A stretch of DNA of 64,000 bases, from NCBI GenBank assembly GCA_020184695.1, contig JAANOX010000238.1, positions 1 to 64,000 on the forward strand, in the 5' to 3' direction. A program made the translations under genes and the position numbers. Shown one piece after another: positions 57,821-64,000 of this stretch. The notes under the pieces were generated by a model that made no database searches, had not been told where the DNA came from, and saw nothing but the letters and a program-made list of their open reading frames with translations. The first letter of the stretch is position 1; every line of letters starts with the position of its first letter. Source of the DNA: Histomonas meleagridis 2922-C6/04-290x. Taxonomy: Eukaryota; Protista; Parabasalia.

Positions 57821-58477
57821 ATGTCAGACAAAACAATCTGGATCCAATTCGATGTTCTTGATAAGATGTATTTCCTTGAATTCACAGGAGAAGAAACCTT
57901 CGGTGATGCAGTTCAGCAAATTAAAAAAGATTTTCGTGGAAGAGATTTGATATTTGTTGCTGGTGGTGAAAACATTACACAACAAGAACTTGTTGCTCTT
58001 AACAAGATACCAACACTTTCTAATGCTGATGGAATTGCTAAGGTTAGAGTCTCTGTTTCAGCTGGAACTGGCAGTGGATTGATGAGCTATCGATCAATAA
58101 GTTCTGGTTCTTACAACTCATCAACTTATACTGCTCCTACGTATACCGCTCCTGCGCCAACCCAAACCCAAAAAACTACAATTCCTGCTGCAAAACCAAT
58201 TCCATCAAATCCAGCAGCAGTTCAAACACCTGCAAAACCTGCACCAGCTCCTCCAGTCTCTAACAAGAAAACCTCTTCAAGCAAATCAGATAACAAGAAA
58301 CAATCTGGATTCAAATTTGCTACAAAGAAACAAAGAAAAGATCCAGCTGATTTCGAGAAAAAGATCAAAGAAGTTATGGATGTCTGGCCAAATGCAAACC
58401 AAGCAGCTGTTGAAGAAGCACTTCGTGATACAAATTATAATACCAACAACGCAGTTCTTCAATTAATGAGTAAATAA
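57821..58477 (+). CDS. Host protein with possible N-terminal ubiquitin-like fold, Pro/Thr linker and C-terminal CUE/UBA domain
   Basis: C-terminus KIKEVMDVWPNANQAAVEEALRDTNYNTNNAVLQLM. Confidence 0.8.
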   Translation: MSDKTIWIQFDVLDKMYFLEFTGEETFGDAVQQIKKDFRGRDLIFVAGGENITQQELVALNKIPTLSNADGIAKVRVSVSAGTGSGLMSYRSISSGSYNSSTYTAPTYTAPAPTQTQKTTIPAAKPIPSNPAAVQTPAKPAPAPPVSNKKTSSSKSDNKKQSGFKFATKKQRKDPADFEKKIKEVMDVWPNANQAAVEEALRDTNYNTNNAVLQLMSK

Positions 58478-59018
58478 TGGGATTTTCACCAAACTTAACT
58501 ACTTTTCAACCATTTTTCAAATTTTTGCATTTAATTAAACCCCATTTTCTTTTACCTAAAATTTATTCTGTCAATTTTTTGACATTGTCAGTCAAATAGT
58601 GATGTAAATAAGGGTGCCCTGTATATTTTTGTCAGTATCATTTGCAAATGATATTTTTCTTTACTTCGTTTAATATAATACAAATATACCATTATTCTAG
58701 GTGATTTTAAAATCGAAATTTTTTTTCAAACATTTAATCAGTTGAGCTCATATTTACATATGAAAATTGTTTTATGATATTACTGTAATCCTTAATGGAC
58801 AGAAATATCAGAGTAAGATTTTTGAACGATCCTACAAATAAAACTTGTCCCAACAAACCATTTTGGGATGAAACTAGTGCAATTATGCTTCATTTCTGTT
58901 CAATTTTTATGTGAAAAACGATGCTATTCCTACAGAAAAATTCTGTGAAAAGTTTAAACTTGAATCAGTTTTTACCTGAAAAAACACCATTTTGTGATAT
59001 TTAAATTAAGTCACAAAA

Positions 59019-62000
59019 ATGTTTGTCATTTGTTTTCTTTGTTCTATTCTCTCAATTATTCAAAAAAGATATTATGAAGATGAAGAATATTACTCAGATA
59101 ATATTCCATTTTTGAAATTTTCCTCATATTCAAACAATTTTGGAAGTATAGAACGTTCTCCATCTGGGATTATAAAGCTTGATGATATAAAGCGTGCTAA
59201 AGAAAATATTAAAAAATATCAGTGGGCTAAAATACTAAAAGATACTATAATTCATAATGCCGATACATCTGTTTCATTTCTTACAGACGTAGTAATAAAT
59301 GATTTTATTTCCATTGTAACACCAGGCGCACAAACATTTTGTCCACATTGTGTTAAAACAGGTAAAAACTGGAATGCTAAAGGAAGCTGGAGGTGGAATC
59401 CAAAACATCCGAATCAACTCAAATGTGGTGTTTGTGGACATGTTTTTCCATCTACTGAATATCCAGAAGATTATGTTGTTACTAGCAAGTATGATCCACG
59501 CCAAAGTTTTGCATATATTACTAAGGTTGGACCTGTAAAATGTTTAAAGTATGTATCATGTTCTTCTGCACCATCAATGATTATTCGTGGATATAAAATA
59601 TCTTATATTATTTCTCGATTAACTGATTTGGCTTATACTTATGTTATTACAGATGAAGATAAATACGCTTCAACTGTGCGCAAAGTATTACTTCAACTAG
59701 CAGAATGTTTACCTAAATATCTTGTAGCAGAAGGTTATCCATATAATGAATTTGCAGATTGTGATCCACATTATGCTGCATTAAATCTTGAGAAATTACC
59801 AGATTCTAAATGTCGTAAAATTGCTGGTCCTGGTGTGGATCCTAATGCAACAATGTTTTCAGGTTATTGGGGTGCACATCGAATGAGTTCAAATGGTGAT
59901 GAAGGAGAAAAAGTTAAAATTATTGCTACTTCATTTGATCTTACAATGGCATCAAATGTATATTCTGATGCTGATATTGAAACAATTAAAGAAAAGGTAT
60001 TAATAGAATCAACATATTTAGCAATTGGAGATAAATCAATTAATAACAAATCAGTAATGAATTTAGCAGGTGCAGCAATTGTTGGCCTTATTACAAAATC
60101 AATTAAATTAATACATTTCGGGATTAAAGGATTTTTAACATCTATTTCAGATTGGTTCTTAAAAGATGGAAGTACGTCTCAATCAGCAATGTATGGACAT
60201 AAAGTTCTAAGCGGACTTTTTGATTTCGGTTATGCATTTACTAATTATTCTGATCCATTAGATTATAAAGAACCTGATCGTTATGATCAATTAAACGTAG
60301 CAACAGATACTAAATATGATCAATGTTGGCAAAATTTAATATGGACTTCATACAGTACTTTTTTATATCCACCAATTGCTGATAATTCTCTCACATTTTC
60401 ACTTCCAGATGAACATGCAGAATATGTAATGTATGGATTTCCTGGGAGATTTGATTCCTATGTGGCATCCAAAATGAGAGGGAAAACATTTTCGGCATTA
60501 AATATGTTTTTCTTTGATAATTCTAATTATAATTCAAGTATGGAATATAACTTCCCTGATATAGTATTTCCTTATTGGGCACAAGCTTATATTAGAACTG
60601 GTTTATATGGTGAAAAAAGTCTTTTGGTCCTTGATGCATCTGATTATGGGGGCCATCATCAAATGGATTCACTTAACATAGTATATTGGAAAGATGGATA
60701 TGAATTACTTAGTGATTTAGGCTATCTAGTAGATCATGTTAATGGTTCTAAATTATATGATACTTATGTGCATAATACAGTATTAATTGATAGTAATAAT
60801 CAAATTCAAGAAGGAAGAGGTGGTAACATAAGTTTATATGTTACAATTCCAAATGTTAAAGTTATTCAAGCTTCATCTAAAGCATATACACAATGTGATA
60901 TATATAACCGAACTGTTATCCAAATCGAAAATAACAATAGTAGTTATCTTGTTGATATATTTAGAGTGAAAGGTGGAAATATTCAACAATATGTATTTCA
61001 TGGTGTAGATTATAATTATACATTAAAAGGTGATTTAAATTTTTCGATTCCATTTATACAAAAGCCAAATCGTTTTGTATTTAGATTTTTAATGAATAAT
61101 GTTGGAACTATAGAAGTCTCTGATCCTAATATCTCATTAATTAAAAGTGATGGAACTTTTGATAAAAACCAAGCAAAACCATTTCCTGATGTAGCACCAA
61201 AAGTCAAAGATAAAGATGAAATACCATCAGATGTATTATGGGGCATCGATCGTAAAGTAAATTATTCATGGGAATCAATTGAAGGTAAATATACACGTGG
61301 AGTTAAATTTACTATAAAACAAGGCAAAGGTGGACTTTATATTGGAAACACACGAGGAAAAACAGCCAAAAATGGATTTAAAGGATATGAAAACAACAAA
61401 GTTTATATCTCATTTTGGATGCGTGGTACTATAATGCCAACTATTAAAGTAGCGTATTGGAAATCAGGTCGAGAAAACGAAACTAGTTCAAAAACATTTG
61501 GAAATTTCCAACTTTCATCATCTGCTATTAAAAAAGATGAATGGACATTCTTCGAAGGAATTGCGTCACTTGGCGCAGATATGTCCGATCAAAAATATGG
61601 GATAACAAACAACGAATGGAACATAAAATGGTTAAAAGAAGATCAATTTACGTTTACTGCATATTTCCCTGCTATCAAAGAACAAAAAGTTGTGTATCAA
61701 GATGGCTGGGGCCAAAGACATGTCAACAATTCTGATGCAGGAAAGACGTTACCTTATTTCATGGTAACAGATAATGGCACAAGTAATAACATTAATACTT
61801 TTGTAGCTGTTTATGAAGGATGTAAAAAAGATGAATGCATAGTGAAAAATGTTAAAAACGTAAAAATTAATGAAGGTAACGTTGCACTTGAAATTAATAC
61901 TATCAATGGAAATGATTATGTATTAAGTTCCTTCAATAATAATAGAATTAATGAATTTGGTTATGAAACTGATGCATCGGTTGCTATAATTTCAAATAAT

Positions 62001-62558
62001 TATACAATGATTGGTGGTACATACTTGAATGATACAAAGAAAAGACTACATGTTCAAGCACAAAAAAAGAATTGGTTTGGGAAAATTAATAAGTTCGAAA
62101 ATCCAAACTATAACGATAGCTACTTTGAAATAATAACCGATATGCCGATAGAGAATTTCAATGGGCAAAGTCTATCGGTCATTGATGAAGGATTTGAAAG
62201 AGCTTACAGAATTTTCGGCGTGGAAAAAATAAGCAATGGGTATAACGTATACACTAGAAAGAATGGATATGGATTTAGACTTAATAAGACTGGAGAATGG
62301 AGAATAGCAAGTGTATCACAAATGGATATAAAATACACGCCTGAAGTAACTTCGTCACCTAGCTCAAGAATATCTGAAAGTGTAACGTTTGAACCAGATT
62401 TGAAGCTTAACGCACATGGTTCATTTTTGACTTGTCGAGCAATCGCAGGAATTGCTGCAGTGTGTATTGTTGTGCTTGTTGGTGTTGCTGCTGAGGTAGC
62501 CACATTCATTTTGAAATCTAAAGCAAAAAACAATCAACTCTCCAAATCTTTCTACTGA
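59019..62558 (+). CDS. Heparinase II/III-like polysaccharide lyase with signal peptide and C-terminal TM anchor
   Basis: GHHQMDSLNI..W.DG.ELLSDLGY...TYVHNTVLID; N-terminal FCPHC...LKCGVCGHVFP; IAGIAAVCIVVLVGVAA. Confidence 0.85.
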   Translation: MFVICFLCSILSIIQKRYYEDEEYYSDNIPFLKFSSYSNNFGSIERSPSGIIKLDDIKRAKENIKKYQWAKILKDTIIHNADTSVSFLTDVVINDFISIVTPGAQTFCPHCVKTGKNWNAKGSWRWNPKHPNQLKCGVCGHVFPSTEYPEDYVVTSKYDPRQSFAYITKVGPVKCLKYVSCSSAPSMIIRGYKISYIISRLTDLAYTYVITDEDKYASTVRKVLLQLAECLPKYLVAEGYPYNEFADCDPHYAALNLEKLPDSKCRKIAGPGVDPNATMFSGYWGAHRMSSNGDEGEKVKIIATSFDLTMASNVYSDADIETIKEKVLIESTYLAIGDKSINNKSVMNLAGAAIVGLITKSIKLIHFGIKGFLTSISDWFLKDGSTSQSAMYGHKVLSGLFDFGYAFTNYSDPLDYKEPDRYDQLNVATDTKYDQCWQNLIWTSYSTFLYPPIADNSLTFSLPDEHAEYVMYGFPGRFDSYVASKMRGKTFSALNMFFFDNSNYNSSMEYNFPDIVFPYWAQAYIRTGLYGEKSLLVLDASDYGGHHQMDSLNIVYWKDGYELLSDLGYLVDHVNGSKLYDTYVHNTVLIDSNNQIQEGRGGNISLYVTIPNVKVIQASSKAYTQCDIYNRTVIQIENNNSSYLVDIFRVKGGNIQQYVFHGVDYNYTLKGDLNFSIPFIQKPNRFVFRFLMNNVGTIEVSDPNISLIKSDGTFDKNQAKPFPDVAPKVKDKDEIPSDVLWGIDRKVNYSWESIEGKYTRGVKFTIKQGKGGLYIGNTRGKTAKNGFKGYENNKVYISFWMRGTIMPTIKVAYWKSGRENETSSKTFGNFQLSSSAIKKDEWTFFEGIASLGADMSDQKYGITNNEWNIKWLKEDQFTFTAYFPAIKEQKVVYQDGWGQRHVNNSDAGKTLPYFMVTDNGTSNNINTFVAVYEGCKKDECIVKNVKNVKINEGNVALEINTINGNDYVLSSFNNNRINEFGYETDASVAIISNNYTMIGGTYLNDTKKRLHVQAQKKNWFGKINKFENPNYNDSYFEIITDMPIENFNGQSLSVIDEGFERAYRIFGVEKISNGYNVYTRKNGYGFRLNKTGEWRIASVSQMDIKYTPEVTSSPSSRISESVTFEPDLKLNAHGSFLTCRAIAGIAAVCIVVLVGVAAEVATFILKSKAKNNQLSKSFY

Positions 62559-62749
62559 TTTATAAAAATGACTAATTGACAATCAACAAAAAAACATTTT
62601 TCTCTTTGGAAAAGATTCAATAAGCATAATATCGTTTTTTATACTTGAATATGATTATCACTGCAGTGTTTGTAATTCCAAATTAAGCTCATGGATTTGG
62701 GGCGCCTCGAAATGACACGTTTAAATAACCGCTGTCATTTAGTCCTATT

Positions 62750-64000
62750 ATGTCATCGCTCCCAGTTTCAGATGCTAGTAGCACTGGAAGTAACATTGCA
62801 CCAACTCTTACACAAGAACAACTTGCTGATGAAAGAAGTCATTGGCTTCCTCGAATTCTTGAACAAAATCCACATTTATTGGAGCTTAGAGAAAGAACTT
62901 TACCTTGGACTGGAGGTTATTCTTTTGCTAATGTTGTACACACTGCGATGACTGCATCTCCAACACCAGTTAACCGTCATGCCATTCTTCAATTAATTGT
63001 TAATCATTTAAACGCAATTGGCATGAAAAAGACTGCAGAAACCATTATCAAAGAAACTGGTCACAAATTTCAATTATTTGATCAACCATGGGAAAAAACA
63101 GATTTATTAATTTTATTATCTCTTGGTCTTTTACCACGTGAAGACCCTTGGAACATACCAAAAGATCCTCTTGTACAATTTGTTGAGGAACCACTTGAAG
63201 AAGACTTCTTTGCTTCTCCATATCGTGAAGATCCACATGATCTTTACCAAGAAATTCTCAATCCAGAACTAAATATTACGTTCACTGAAGGTCCACGTGT
63301 ATTCAAGAACATTGCTACAGCCTCTCTCAAACGTCTTGTTGTATGTCTAACATTATCACCTCCAGATTTCATCACCAGTGAAGATTACAGTCAATTTTTC
63401 TTGACACTTCATTCAATTACTTCTTCTCAACACTTCTTAGAGCATCTCATTGCACTTTTTGATCTTGATTTCTCAGATCCATCTGCTGTTGAACAACTTA
63501 AGCCAAACCAAAAGGAAATCCGCGTGACCGTAATAAATCTTATCAGTCGATGGATTAATTTCCATGGGCTTTTCATAGGCAAGAAGACTCTTAATTTGAT
63601 ATCAACATTTATCAGACGTATCATAGATGAGTCCGAAGACTTAATGGGGTCCAAAGATTATCTTAACAACATCCTTACCGACATGGAGAACCTTACCTTT
63701 AGTCAGAAGCAAGAACAAAAATCAGTAAATCTTGAGCCACCAATCATCCGTGATCCACAAGTGTTGTTTAAGCCATCTCTTACACTTGTTGATCCTGAAC
63801 CAGTTGAAGTTGCTCGACAGATCACATTATTGTCACATGAAACATTTAAGTCAGTTCATTCACGGGAGTTCATGGAAGCTCTCATGAACAAGAAGTGCAC
63901 CATCCAAACGCCCACACTCGCAGAATTCTTTGACTTCAACGAGAAATTAAGCAAAATCATTTTGGAGACCGTTATAACCTCTAACGATAGAAACGGTTCT
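62750..64000 (+). CDS. RasGEF (LisH-like + REM + CDC25), partial, runs off window; missed by the ORF track
   Basis: Open for 417 codons: MSSLPVSD...HAILQLIVNHLNAIGMKKTAETI...ATASLKRLV...FFLTLHSITSS...RWINFH...PVEVARQITLL. Confidence 0.9.
   Translation, partial: MSSLPVSDASSTGSNIAPTLTQEQLADERSHWLPRILEQNPHLLELRERTLPWTGGYSFANVVHTAMTASPTPVNRHAILQLIVNHLNAIGMKKTAETIIKETGHKFQLFDQPWEKTDLLILLSLGLLPREDPWNIPKDPLVQFVEEPLEEDFFASPYREDPHDLYQEILNPELNITFTEGPRVFKNIATASLKRLVVCLTLSPPDFITSEDYSQFFLTLHSITSSQHFLEHLIALFDLDFSDPSAVEQLKPNQKEIRVTVINLISRWINFHGLFIGKKTLNLISTFIRRIIDESEDLMGSKDYLNNILTDMENLTFSQKQEQKSVNLEPPIIRDPQVLFKPSLTLVDPEPVEVARQITLLSHETFKSVHSREFMEALMNKKCTIQTPTLAEFFDFNEKLSKIILETVITSNDRNGS

Noticed and set aside
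62691-63654. Short ORFs 62691, 63048, 63427
   Set aside because: Off-frame or antisense to the RasGEF gene

Overview
Very AT-rich eukaryotic DNA, most likely from a parabasalid (Tritrichomonas/Trichomonas-like). The evidence is AAAGTGAC motifs just upstream of host ATGs, intron-poor genes, a BspA-like remnant and Trichomonas-type Maverick genes. The window is mostly decayed mobile DNA from at least 3-4 distinct Maverick/Polinton-like virus lineages: integrases at 1.3 and 10.1 kb, packaging ATPases at 13.4, 29.6 and 53.6 kb, a protein-primed PolB at 30.9-34.6 kb, major-capsid pieces at 15.7 and 38.6 kb, and a penton-like gene at 52.5 kb. It also holds an endogenous CRESS-DNA (kirkovirus-like) virus at 17.3-19.7 kb, mariner x2, Tc1, pogo, Merlin x2, MULE and P-like transposons, MITEs, an inverted-repeat-bounded tyrosine recombinase element and a Helitron-like HUH remnant. 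Host genes are a tRNA pseudouridine synthase, a coiled-coil protein, a Ubl-CUE protein, a bacterial-type heparinase II/III-like lyase and a RasGEF that runs off the end. The most interesting signals are: (1) small GFWNKIK amphipathic proteins head-to-head with the capsid gene (adenovirus protein VI-like candidates); (2) free-standing live and dead copies of the PolB vOTU domain plus a dead palm domain; (3) an ~80 bp GC-rich element shared by the CRESS insert and Maverick breakpoints; (4) the minimal recombinase element. All assignments come from motif recognition by eye and from memory of these families; no searches were run. Pseudogene boundaries are approximate, and many frameshifts sit in homopolymers and could be sequencing errors.
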